This document shows, piece after piece, positions 37,101 to 61,650 of a stretch of 64,000 bases of DNA (its first letter is position 1; every line of letters begins with the position of its first letter). A program made the translations under genes and the position numbers. Source of the DNA: Hydrolagus colliei (lineage: Eukaryota); contig CM068748.1 in assembly GCA_035084275.1 (NCBI GenBank), positions 3,224,001-3,288,000 on the forward strand, in the 5' to 3' direction. The notes below the pieces were generated by a model. The model was not told where the DNA came from. It made no database searches and saw only the letters and a list, made by a program, of their open reading frames with translations.

Positions 37101-38819
37101 GAGAGATGATGATGGAGCAAAGGCAAAGGCCTGAATACATCCTTGTCTAAATATGGTGCACAAAATATTAAAAGCGCATAGAAGTTCATCCAATGGTTTT
37201 CAAATAAGCTGTTGCATTGCCCTCTGCTGGGGTCAAGGCAGTGTAGCTGCTGTACATAAAAAAGAATCTCTGAATGGTCACTTCTTCATTGTGTACGTGG
37301 TTAGTCTAACTGTTTGATTATGCACTGGCTTTCATTAAACTACATTGGAAATATCTAACACTTCTTGGGTCAGATCTTGTAGGTTTTGTATTCCTATTTT
37401 TCACACTGTTTTAGCATCAATGGCACATTTTGTATTGCAAGAAGCACTCTCTCCCACGAAGAGTGTGCACAATATGTAAAATTAACTTGTCTTACCCAAA
37501 GAGCTGGTGGATTTTCCTACAACATAGATAGATTTTGTGTTCCATTGTCCTTTTAAGGAATTATTCCAAGCTATTGAAAAGAAACATGAAAGAACTGTGA
37601 TCATACGCTACGGAGTTGTGATATGTCAATAGAATGAACACCTTAAAAGGAGATGGGGCAAAAAACAATGACTGAAGAATATTGCAATCTGTCAGAATAG
37701 TTTCATAGCTCTCTTACCTGTTCTGAAATCCTTCTCATCCAAACATAACTTGACAGCATCAACTGCTCTAGGACTGGTAAATATCAGGCCAGCATAAGCT
37801 TCCGGGTGAAAAAGCTGCACACAAGTTAGCACAAAAAGGGCTAATATTCAATATTTACATCCAGCACTTAATTCAGTATCTCAAAATTAGATTAGATGCT
37901 AAATGTGAAATGTGTAGTTATCAAATATCTAAAATATGAAGAATTCTCAGGCTTATTGTTTGAAAGTTTTGATGGTTACGCATTTCTTACCAAGAACTAT
38001 CACAAATGAGATCCCAAAACAGCAGTCACATAATTAGTTCTGCCTTTTCACACTAATCACATACGCTTTCTTTTTTCATTTCTTCTAGATTTACAAGGCT
38101 CAGCAAAATTCTGTATCTTTTAAGTCCCACAGGACACAGTAAGACACAATGAGCCAGCCCCATCAGTACAATTATTCAGGTGCACTTAGTGGACTCAGAC
38201 TCCTTTTATCTTAATGTCTGACACCATTCCTATATTCAGGTTCAGATTCACGCAGCGCATACCTACCTACCTTTTGTGATAAATCTGTGAGTGATATAAA
38301 TTCAAATGACAGAGTGGGGATTAGTGTTGCTTGGAGACCCAGTGAAGCAAACTCCTAGCAGAGAAAAATAAATAGCAGTGGATGTTACGTCACAAAACTG
38401 AGCATTTCTTTCCATATACAATGACAACAACAACAACAATGACTGCCTAATAACATACCGCAGGCCTGCAGCTTATTACCTAAGAGGTTAGCTACCTAAA
38501 AGTAGCTAACTTTGCTATCAAATGTAAAGTAAAAACATTTGTGAAATATTAATACACTAAGATAATCTTTACCGAGTGAAATAATTCTCCAAATATATTA
38601 GAGAATGTTGGTATCAAAGAAAAGCAAACTGATGTTATTGAAATTAAACCAAACTGATTAACAATTTTCTCACAAAAACACTTTGCAGAGTAAGTTATTC
38701 AAAGGCAACTCTTGGGATGCTTCAGGAACAAAATGAATAGTTTTCGAGCTACTCACTTGAATGTATGGATCGGGTCCTGATTCTCTATTTTTGGGATCTT
38801 TCAGCAAAAGGACTTTCAT
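31133..38819 (-). CDS. UROS: Uroporphyrinogen III synthase, 9 coding exons, about 261 aa
   Basis: Exons: 38819-38757 ([10 protein letters not shown]...DPYIQ), 38354-38271, 37814-37718 ([10 protein letters not shown]), 37570-37496 (YVVGKST), 34092-34018 (GNAEKLA), 33221-33138 (LLFPCG), 32744-32659, 32063-31965 (FFSPSG), 31255-31133 ([12 protein letters not shown]). An acceptor at 38840 upstream of the ATG implies a non-coding first exon nearer the CpG island. Confidence 0.96.
32865..32982 (+). mobile_element. tRNA-SINE 3' fragment
   Basis: TTCGCCCACA...ACAGTCAATTCACTTTACA...ATCAAATGCAAGG(TTA)n. Confidence 0.78.
36766..37072 (-). mobile_element. Two tandem tRNA-SINE 3' fragments (about 36766-36905 and 36955-37072)
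   Basis: Two successive AATAATAATCC(T/G)TGCATTTG tails. Confidence 0.75.
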
Positions 38820-39360
38820 TGCAGACACTTCCTCAGCACCTGAGTATCAATGGAACAGAAGCACAAATTGTTAATATTTGTTCGAGCACACAACTAGATG
38901 TTCATGCATACAGAGGTCTATTTCATCGTTATAAGATTATAGTGTGCTGAGTCATAGGATAACATCTTTTGCATCCAGACTCTGTCTTCAGGAATGGATA
39001 ACCATATCTAAGTGTCTCAGTAAAGCTAATAATGGTCTCACCACAACACTGCACCAACCATTACAACAGATGCTTTCACTGATCGGTCTTGTTGTTACAA
39101 TTAACAGATCAGTGCCTGTTTGCCTCAGTCTTTCAAGGAAATATTGTCTGAAATACTCAGTGAAACCTACTAACATATCAAAAAAATCCTATAATACAAT
39201 TTACATTTACATTACATCTTCAAGCACCTTTAACTGCTCGATAGATATCGTGAGCCAGGAGAATGGATATGTTGAAGAAGATGTAGATCTAATACTCTAT
39301 GGTTTCAATTGTACGTTTATTCTCTCACTTTATACCAGTAGCGTTCCTCTTAAACAGGAA

Positions 39361-39683
39361 TAATAATAATAATCCTTGCATTTGATATAGCACTTTTCAC
39401 ATCTTCTAGACGTCTCAAAGCGCTTCACAGAATATACTGTAAAGTGAATTGACCGTATATTTGTGGGTGAAACGCAGCAGCCAATTGGGCACAGCAGCGT
39501 CCCCACAAACAGACGTGGATTGAAATGACCAATTTATTATTGTTTTCTTCGAGAGAGCGAGAGAGAGATTATTACCAGGCGTGCGGAGTAAGGAAACTTG
39601 CCCAAAGTTTCGCCCCGACCTGCCTGGAATTGAAAACCCCGATCTCTCACTTGTAAGGCGAGTGCTCTAACCACTGAGCTACA
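39361..39683 (-). mobile_element. tRNA-derived SINE, full length, upstream of the UROS ATG exon
   Basis: Head CTGTAGCTCAGTGGTTAGAGCACTCGCCTTACAAG, body and (TTA)n tail. Confidence 0.9.
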
Positions 39684-39929
39684 GAAATACCATTCTTTAT
39701 TTGTGTGTGTGTGTGTTTTCTCACTTGAACACACTGTGTAGGTGTGTTGCTTGCTGACACCCAGATCTCCAAAAGCCAAGTCTCCCTGGTGAAGCAGGCC
39801 AGTCTGGTTTCAAGTTACCACAATCACATCAGCCGGATACAACCACCACCACAACAGCAACGACAACCACCACCACCACCACCACCTGTATTATAGGGGC
39901 GAGGTCGTGTCTTGAAGCTCCACACAGTG

Positions 39930-40200
39930 ACAACAACAACAACAACCACAACCACAACAAGACGTTTGATTTACACAGCGCCCTCCACGCCGGGCGGCGT
40001 CTCGGAGCGCTTCCGAGACGGGAGTTTTGGGAGGCGAGACGGGGGCGGGGAAGTGGAGGTGACCACAGTCGAAGAGGGAGGGTGCGATCCGATCCGAAGA
40101 CGGACGAGGGGAGATGGGGGGGGGGGTGGGGGGGGGGGGGGGGGGGGGGGCGAGAGAGTTGCGGAGTCTCTGGGCGGGCGCAGCGGCTGACGGTGAAGCG
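39930..40200 (-). mobile_element. GC-rich L2 LINE 3' end within the CpG island
   Basis: Reverse complement AAGCGCTCCGAGACGCCGCCCGGCGTGGAGGGCGCTGTGTAAAT...(TTG/TGG)n, homologous to the L2 tail at 298-360. Confidence 0.65.
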
Positions 40201-40239
40201 GCGAAAGGTACAAGGGATGAGCGAGCAGGAGGCCAGAGT

Positions 40240-40745
40240 CAGTCACTGACAGTGACAGTGACAGAGACGCCTGACACTGACCCCGACACAGACAGTGACA
40301 CAGAGAGACAGTGACAGGGAGTGAGTGATAGACTGTAGAGAACAACACCGACACTGACACGGACAGAGACACTAACACAGAGACAGAGACCCTGACACTA
40401 ACACAGAGACAGAGACCCTGACACTAACACAGAGACCCTGACACTAACACAGAGACCCTGACACTAACACTGTGACAGAGACACACTGACAGAGACCCTG
40501 ACACAGACAGTGACAGAGACCCTGACACAGACACAGTGACAGAGACCCTGACACAGACACAGTGACAGAGACCCTGACACAGTGACAGAGACAGAGACCC
40601 TGACACAGAGACAGAGACCCTGACACACACAGTGACAGAGACCCTGACACAGACAGTGACAGAGACCCTGACACAGACACAGTGACAGAGACCCTGACAC
40701 AGACAGTGACAGAGACCCTGACACAGACAGTGACAGAGACACAAA
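40240..40745. repeat. Minisatellite, about 20-26 bp units (GACACAGACA(CA)GTGACAGAGACCCT)
   Basis: Directly visible tandem array with variant units. Confidence 0.95.
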
Positions 40746-40824
40746 CCCCGCCCCGGACGACAGTAAAGTGGAACCAGCAGAGCGGCTGCGGATGACGTAT
40801 TTCCGGTTTCAGAGCCTGGCAAAG

Positions 40825-43800
40825 ATGGCGGACAGGAAGCGACGCGTGGCGATGGAGCCCGAGACGGAGCCGGAGACGATGGAGCGAGACTCGGGGGACG
40901 AGTCGGGGTCTGTGAGCAGCGAGGGGTCAGGGGAGGAGGAGACAGACGAGGTCAGCCCCCCCCTCCCCAACACCCCCCCTCACCTCAGGTCCCCGCGCGG
41001 CTCCAGCTCTTGAGAGACACGTGGAGGGGATCCCGGGGCCTGGTGTCGAGAGGAGCTGGGAGAGGATGGGGTGGGGGTGGGAGGGGGGGGGGCGCTGGGG
41101 ATGAGGGTGGGGAGGATGGGGGTTGGGGTGGGAGGGTGAGGATGGGGCTGGGGGTAGGGAGGATGAGGCTGGGGTTGGGGGGGGCGCGCTGGGGATGAGG
41201 GTGGGGAGGATGGGGGTGGGGGGGTGAGGATGGGGCTGGGGGTGAGGAGGGTGAGGATGGGGGTGGGGGGGGGGGTGCTGGGGATGAGGGTGGGGAGGAT
41301 GGGAGTTGGGGTGGGGAGGGTGAGGGCTGGGGATGAGGGTGAGGCTGGGGTTGGGGGGGGCGCTGGGGATGAGGGTGAGGCTGGGGTTGGGGGGGGCGCT
41401 GGGGATGAGGGTGAGGCTGGGGTTGGGGGCGCTGGGGATGAGGGTGAGGCTGGGGTTGGGGGGGGGCGCTGGGGATGAGGGTGGGGTTGGGGGGGGCGCT
41501 GGGGATGAGGGTGGGGGGATGAGGATGGGAGTGGGGAGGGTGAGGGGGGGGCTGGGGGTGAGGGTGGGGGTGAGGGGGGGGAGGGTGAGGGGGGGGCTGG
41601 GGGTGAGGATGGGCGTGGTGGGGGGGTGCTGGGGGTGGTGAGGATGGGGGTGGGGGGATGCTGGGGGTATTGTGCTCCACTACTGTGGAGCGCTGTGGGA
41701 CGCTATCCTGCATGGGTGGGCGCTACATAAACACTGTACAAATGATCGTGGTTGTCTTCGAATCAAACCTGAAAAATCTCCTCTCGACCTGCCTTTGGCC
41801 ATCTTCCCCTTGCGTTTCTCTGCTGCTCTTTCGCGCTCTTGAGGTGCTCGCTCACCCACGTGAGGGGTGCAATACGAATGCAAGTTATAGTTGTTCTAGG
41901 TGCTCGGTATTAGTAATAATGATTTTTAAAACGGAAAAACATCACAAAATCCAGGTTATTGTTTACGTAGGTGCATTCGAGTTTGTAAGCAAACAATTTT
42001 TTACATATACGTGTGTGCGTGTATGTGTTGATAATAAAAGGAACGGCGATATGGGAATTTCCCGATGTGGATATATCGGTTGGCTCATATCGAGATATAC
42101 CGAAATATCGATATTTTCAGTTTTTTCGTACTGCGCATGCACGCGCGCGTGCATCGGAGTGTGCGCGCATTCGGGGCCTATCTTCCCAGGAGGTAAATAT
42201 CTTTCTCTCTCTGTGTCTCTCACTCTCTCCATCTCTTGTGTTTTTCTGTCTGTGTCTCTCTATGTCTCTCTCCCTCTCTCCTCTCTCACATCCCCCCCCA
42301 TCTCTATCTATCTGTATATTATCACATCCCCGCCGTCCCTCTCTCGCAACCCCCACCCCCCGTCGTCTCTCTCCCCCACCACCACCCCAGCCATCTCTTT
42401 CTCCCTCCCCCCCAGCCGTCTCTCTCCCCCTCCCCCCAGCCGTCTCTCTCCCCCCTCTCCTCCCCCCCCCCCCCCCGCCGTCTCTCCCCCCCTCTCCTCC
42501 CACCCCCCGCCGTCTCTCTCTCCCTCCCCCCCAGCCGTCTCTCTCTCCCCCTCCCCCCCCAGCCGTCTCTCTCCCCCTCCCCCCAGCCGTCTCTCTCCCC
42601 CTCTCCTCCCCCCCCAGCCGTCTCTCTCCCCCCTCTCCCCCCCCCCCCCCCCAGCCGTCTCTCTCCCCCTCTCCCCCCCCCCCCCCCCCAGCCGTCTCTC
42701 TCCCCCCCAGCCGTCTCTCTCCTCCTCTCCCCCCCCAACCGTCTCTCTCCCCCTCTCCCCCCCCAACCGTCTCTCTCCCCCTCTCCCCCCCAGCCGTCTC
42801 TCTCCCCCTCTCCCCCCCCCCCCCCCCAGCCGTCTCTCTCCCCCTCTCCCCCCCAGCCATCTCTCTCCCCCTCTCCCCCCCCAACCGTCTCTCTCCCCCT
42901 CTCCCGCCCCCCAGCCGTCTCTCTCCCCCTCTCCCCCCCCCCCCCAGCCGTCTATCTCCCCCTCCCCCCAGCCGTCTCTCCCCCTCCCCCCCAGCCGTCT
43001 CTCTCCCCCTCCCCCCCAGCCGTCTCTCTCCCCCTCCCCCCAGCCGGCTTTCTCCCCCTCTCCTCCCCCCTCCAGCCGTCTCTCCCCCTCTCCTCCCCCC
43101 CCCCCCCCAGCCGTCTATCTCCCCCTCCCCCCAGCCGTCTCTCCCCCTCACACCCACAGCCATCTCTCCCCCTCACACCCACAGCCATCTCTTCCCCCTC
43201 ACTCCCCCCCCCCCCAGCAGTCTCTCTCCCCCTCACCCCCCCCCCACCCACAGTCGTCTCTCTCCCCCCACCCCTTGTATACCTGTATATTGTATTCGAG
43301 GACTGAATACAAGATGGCGACTTTGCACCTCGGTCTGTGCATTGTGTATAGAGATGAGCATTTCTGGGTCTTGTAGTTGATTGTGCTCGCATCCTGATTT
43401 TTTTACCTCGGTATATCGTTTTTTCGATATATCAATATTTTAAAATGTCTATATCGGCATATCGATATGAAAATCATATCAGGTTTTAGTGATATATCGA
43501 TATATCGCCGTTCCCTAGTTGATAAGAGTGTCGTATATGTATCTCTTACAGGTGGTGAAGGTAGACTTTGAAGCCCATATCATCACCGATGACGATTATG
43601 GTGGAATCAAGAAATTGTTAAAACAGGTAACCTGAAAATTGTGTTAAGATTTGAAATGGAAACATTTTTGTGGGTTTAAATTAACGCTGTGCATGCTTGG
43701 CCTCACTCAATGGCTTACTTGGTAAAGATAATGTAGACTTTGATATCAGCTGAAGCCCCAGTAGGGTTGTACTGCAAGATCTTTTTCTGTCTACCTTCAT

Positions 43801-46800
43801 TATGATGTTTTTTTTGCAGCTTTTTCTGAAGGCCAGTGTAAACATCTCTGAACTAGCTGGTATAATTATACAGCAAAATCATATCGGAAGCGTTATCAGG
43901 GTAAGGCAATTATGGAGTTTGGCTGCAAATTTAACATTTGAAATTTCTATTACAGTCGATAGATCAATAGGTGAAGAAAATGATATCTCAGTATTGAACT
44001 GTCCTTTTATCTGTAAAAGAGTTCATGGAGAACTGGAGAATTTGTGGAGAAAATATCTCTTTAATACTTTATGATGAACCTGCAATGATACAATTTACTG
44101 GTTCTTACTAATAATAATAATCCTTTCATTTCATAATCCTTGCATTAGTACTGTAATAATATTCTAAAATTGTTCGACTTAGCACGTGTACACAAATTAG
44201 ATTAACTTTTTTTCACTTAAAGCAAGCTGACATATTGGATGAAAATAGTGATGATGAAGATGAAAATGAAAATGAAGTTTTTGGGTTCATCACTCTTTTG
44301 CATCTTACTGAAAGACAAGTAAGTACACCAAGGCTAACCAGAATGTCATTTCAATCTGCAAAATTTTCACAAAAAATTAATAGATTATATGTTGCCTACT
44401 TTAGGTTTGTTTTGATTCCATTTTTGAAAACTAAATTATGACCTAAAACTTTTAATTGTTAGACAAAATAAGGACTGAAATTGGCCTTCTGAAGATCACT
44501 GGGTATTTTGATCTCAACACTCAAAACATTTTGTTGCAGTAAAAGGGGAATTGATATGTATTTGCAAACAAGAATTTGAGGTGCCAATAATGGCTGTTGA
44601 ATTAAGCCGGTGAAATTAAGTGAATCGTTATGGAAGTTTTAAAACTTTACTTCTGAAGGTCACTTTTTTCCAGGTCTTTTTTAAATTGAGATACATCTTG
44701 ATTACAAAGAGCTAGAAGATTTTGATTTATGGTTTTGAGGGATAGATTATTTTGTAAAAATGTAAATTCAAAGTTAATTTGGGCGAAAGAAAGCAGCTGG
44801 CATGGCTTGCTTATTTTGAGACTGAAATAGAGAATGCTGTGAACAGTTTTAACACACAGGACCAAACATTTCATTCTCATCCAAATAAAAAATATGAAAT
44901 TTCTCATCACAGTTGTCTTTGTGCTAGGATTTTTTAAATCAAAAGAAAGTGGTATGTTACATGCATCCACTTCTGAAAGGTTTCAGTATTCTGTGAAAAT
45001 GTTTTTCTTGAGGGGAAAAAAAAAACTTTAAAATCATCGTGTAACTGATTGACGATGTTTGTGATATCCAGGGAGCTGACACTGTTGAACAGATTAAGGA
45101 GTTGATCCTGAGCCAATGCAAGAAGCAGCCCAAGGACACATTTGAGCAGCTGGAGGAAATATTGAATGACGAGAAGAAGCCCGTGGGCTTTCTCATCAGT
45201 GAGCGCTTCATTAACGTACCACCTCAGATCGCTCTGCCCTTACACAAGCAACTCCAGTAAGAACCCCATACTGAGCTTCTCTGCCTTTGTCCTGTAATAA
45301 AAGCCCATGAACAAAAGGGAAGGAAACTGCTAAAAAAAAATCCAACAGATGTACTTTAGTGCAGTAGAATTGCTTCATGTTCTCAGTTAAATGAGATGAG
45401 TCCATCATTAATGTACACAGTGTATTGATTCATGCATGATTTGTTTTGTGCAAGATTCTGTTTTGACAAAGGAGACCAGTGGCCAGACACTGAGAAGTCT
45501 TCTAATTATGAATTTAGAAATCATGAAGTAACAACAGTGTGTTTTAAAGAAACAAATGTGACTTTTGATGTGTCTGGGGATAATTTTGTGTCTTAAAATG
45601 TAAAGAAGCAGTAGGAATTGTGTGAGGTTTTTTTCCTTCGTCTGCTAATCACTTTGTTTTAAACTGAGCTGGACACACCATGAAAGCAATGGTGATCAAT
45701 AAAAAAGTTGTTTGCAGACTCACAGGACAATTTTAACCTATTGGCACTTACCCTTTTACCACTTGTTCAGACAAGTGCTAATACATGAAATAAGAATTGC
45801 GCTTGAGTGGTTGAAATGAAGGCACATTGTCAAAGGAATGGTTATTCTGCATGTGGTCTGATCCTGAGTGCTTGATGCTGATGTTAGGTGAAAGAAAATC
45901 TCGAATAAAAAGTAGGGCTCTGCCTGTTCACATAAATTGGTGGATAAATTATTATTATCCCCCATTCAGGATTGAGTTATAAATTCTGTCGATTGAAGCA
46001 ATTATTTTCTCTTCCTACCTCACCCTCTCCCCCGTATTGGTATCTTACATTTTTAGTGGTGTAAAATGTAGATTTGATGATAATGTAGTGTGCAAGCACT
46101 CAAACAATTAGTGCAAGGTGGTTCTCAAATGTACATGTTGCAAAACCTATTTTTTTTCTATTTGTTTAGGATTGAACTGGCTACTGCCCAGAGAACCAAT
46201 AAGCCCTGTGGGAAGTGTCACTACTACCTCATGATCAGCAAGACTTGTGTTGAAGTGGTAAATGATGCACGGCACAGGGGCATCCAACAGAAAAAATTAA
46301 TGTTTGCAAATGCAGAAGATGAATTTTTTTATGAGGTCAGTTTTATCCTTTCATTGCCTTGGGACGTCATTCTGACACGAAAGGCGCTATACAAGTGTAA
46401 TTTTGTTGTTTTAGTTTCATTGACTTTGGCATTTGATATCTTAGAATAGAATTTTTATTTTGGTAAGAGATGGAGAAATTAACTGGCAATGAATCTTTGA
46501 AAACAAGATCTGGGTATATAAGAAAAATTCAAAGGCCGTTGGGCTTCTATCAACGTTTGACTGAGGAAATGTGTTTGCAATTTATTTGTTGAATGTTTTG
46601 GCACTTCATTGATTGCACCCAACTTTTAAAATATTTTTCTTTGTTGCAGCAAGCCACGCTGAAGTTTGACTATTCTGTGGAAGAGGAAAGTGATAGCTGT
46701 CTTTCTGGCCGCTGGTCTTTTGATGACACTCCTATGAAACCTTTTCGCACAGTTATGTTAATCCCAGCTGATAGGATGAATACAATTATGGACAAACTCA

Positions 46801-46820
46801 AAGAATATCTGTCTATCTGA
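40825..46820 (+). CDS. BCCIP: BRCA2 and CDKN1A-interacting protein (BCCIP-beta/Bcp1-type C-terminus), 7 exons, about 299 aa
   Basis: Exons: 40825-40950 (acidic N-terminus), 43552-43626 (VDFEA..GIKKLLKQ), 43820-43900, 44223-44318 (EVFGFIT), 45072-45256 (SERFINVPPQI), 46170-46335 (FANAEDEFF), 46650-46820 (CLSGRWSFDD, TGA). Phases are consistent. Confidence 0.96.
41060..41670 (+). repeat. G-rich minisatellite, about 36 bp unit GGGGATGAGGGTGAGGCTGGGGTTGGGGGGGGCGCT, in BCCIP intron 1
   Basis: Directly visible tandem G-run array. Confidence 0.95.
42035..43517. mobile_element. Non-autonomous hAT-type DNA transposon carrying a C-rich minisatellite
   Basis: Perfect 8-bp TSD GTTGATAA (42027-42034 and 43518-43525). 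Imperfect TIRs TAAAAGGAACGGCGATAT and ATATCGCCGTTCCCTA, with CGATAT/ATATCG subterminal repeats at both ends. Confidence 0.85.
42330..43275 (+). repeat. Pyrimidine-rich minisatellite (CCAGCCGTCTCTCTCCCCCTC(C)n)
   Basis: Directly visible tandem array; it is the source of the Pro/Ser-rich pseudo-ORFs. Confidence 0.95.
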
Positions 46821-47224
46821 CCAAATCCCCGAGGTGAATGAGGTGAAAAATAATTTGAAGTGGATAACTTTCAAAGTGTAAATATTCCAAATGCCTCTTA
46901 TCCTTTATTGCTAACATATTGTAAAATTACAATTTTAATTAAAAATGTAACCATCTCATTTGGGATAAAAATAATTTCTTTTTCCAGTGTTGCTTTTTTG
47001 TTTAAAAAATTTATTTGGACAAATGAATACACTTTGAACTAAAATTTAAAAAGCTATTGAATCATTCATAGGATAAGTATTTACAAATCACGTAGAAATC
47101 ACACATGCGACAATGCCTTACAGTGAAAACAATAGTAAGCTTTTGGCACATTGATTGATTCCCTTTGGATCAGTCTTGCCAGTCTCTGAATTGTGAATCA
47201 TTCCTTTAGTGAATTAGAAAATGG

Positions 47225-60715
<13,491 letters not shown>

Positions 60716-61320
60716 AGCCACACACAGACCGAGAGAGAGTGGGGATGAGGTGGGGAGCAGTCAATGTGCTGTAAAGGGAGACAGATTTGGGAGTTTTTGT
60801 TGTTGTTGTTGTTGCTTGAAGTCTACAGTACTTGGTTGCTGGTCAGATTGCTTCAAGGGTTGCAACTCTCCACATCACCACTTCCTGCCACAATTCATTC
60901 ACACTTCACCTGAGTTGCATCATCTTTCTCTTTTTTGTGTGTGTGCATAACAGTACATATACACACACATGCACCTGTTAAATTAAAGCAAAGCCAGCCT
61001 CCAGCTAGAGCTCAGTTAGAAACTCAACCTGCCTGTGACATGAGAATTAGGCAACATTACACCCTCTTCCCCCCCCAATTTCCTCTCTCTATCTCTCTCT
61101 CTCCACGTGGCGGGTCAATGATTGACTCTGAATAGTGCAATCTAAAGGGAAGAGTATTAGAGGGAATAATGTGGTCATGTGGCCGCTTAATCTCATGACA
61201 ATACAAGCCAGAAACTCCTAGGAAACTGCAGAGTGTGAAAGGGCTGATTTGTCTCTCGGTTCACGACCCACTGCACAAACACATCTGCCGCAGGGATGGC
61301 TCAACACACTGCTGCCCAAT

Positions 61321-61650
61321 AATAAAAATAATAATAATAATATCAATCATCCTTGCATTTGATATCGCGCTGATCACGTCTCCTAGACATCTCAAAGCGC
61401 TTCACAGAATATACTGAACTGCAAAGTGAATTGACTGTATAATTTGTAGGCGAAACGCGGCAGCCAATTGCGCACAGCAGTGTCCCACAAAAACAGTCAT
61501 GATTTGAAATGACTCGTTTTTTATTGGGGGGGGTTTCCTTGATGGATTATTATCAGGCGTGTGGAGTAAGGAAACTTGCCCAAGGTTTCGCCCTGCTTGG
61601 AATCGAACCCAGGTCTCTTGCGTGTAAGGCGAGTGCTCTAACCACTGAGC
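61321..61650 (-). mobile_element. tRNA-derived SINE, full length
   Basis: Head, body and tail as in the other copies. Confidence 0.9.

Larger units (their letters stand above)
39890..41050. promoter_or_regulatory. CpG island and bidirectional promoter shared by UROS (-) and BCCIP (+)
   Basis: Sharp rise in GC and CpG content. GC-box CCCCGCCCC 40746-40754, CRE-like TGACGT 40793-40798, ETS-type TTCCGG 40801-40806 and YY1-like AAGATGGCG overlapping the BCCIP ATG (40822-40830). These motifs are typical of bidirectional housekeeping promoters. Confidence 0.8.

Noticed and set aside
38840-39360. Erythroid-specific GATA1 promoter upstream of the UROS ATG exon, as in mammals
   Set aside because: Only imperfect GATA-like sites (e.g. 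GGATAA, TGATAC) are visible; I saw no convincing WGATAR cluster.
40380-40745. CRISPR-like appearance of the regular repeat array
   Set aside because: There are no unique spacers and no cas genes, and the context is vertebrate; it is a minisatellite.
39912-41713. Cys/Val-, Pro/His- and Gly-rich ORFs
   Set aside because: These are translations of tandem repeats and poly-G; only 40825-40950 is a real coding exon.
41658-43392. Long ORFs (572, 455, 356, 348 aa) rich in Pro/Ser or Gly/Arg/Glu
   Set aside because: They arise from a stop-free minisatellite inside a transposon in BCCIP intron 1 and are open in many frames on both strands.
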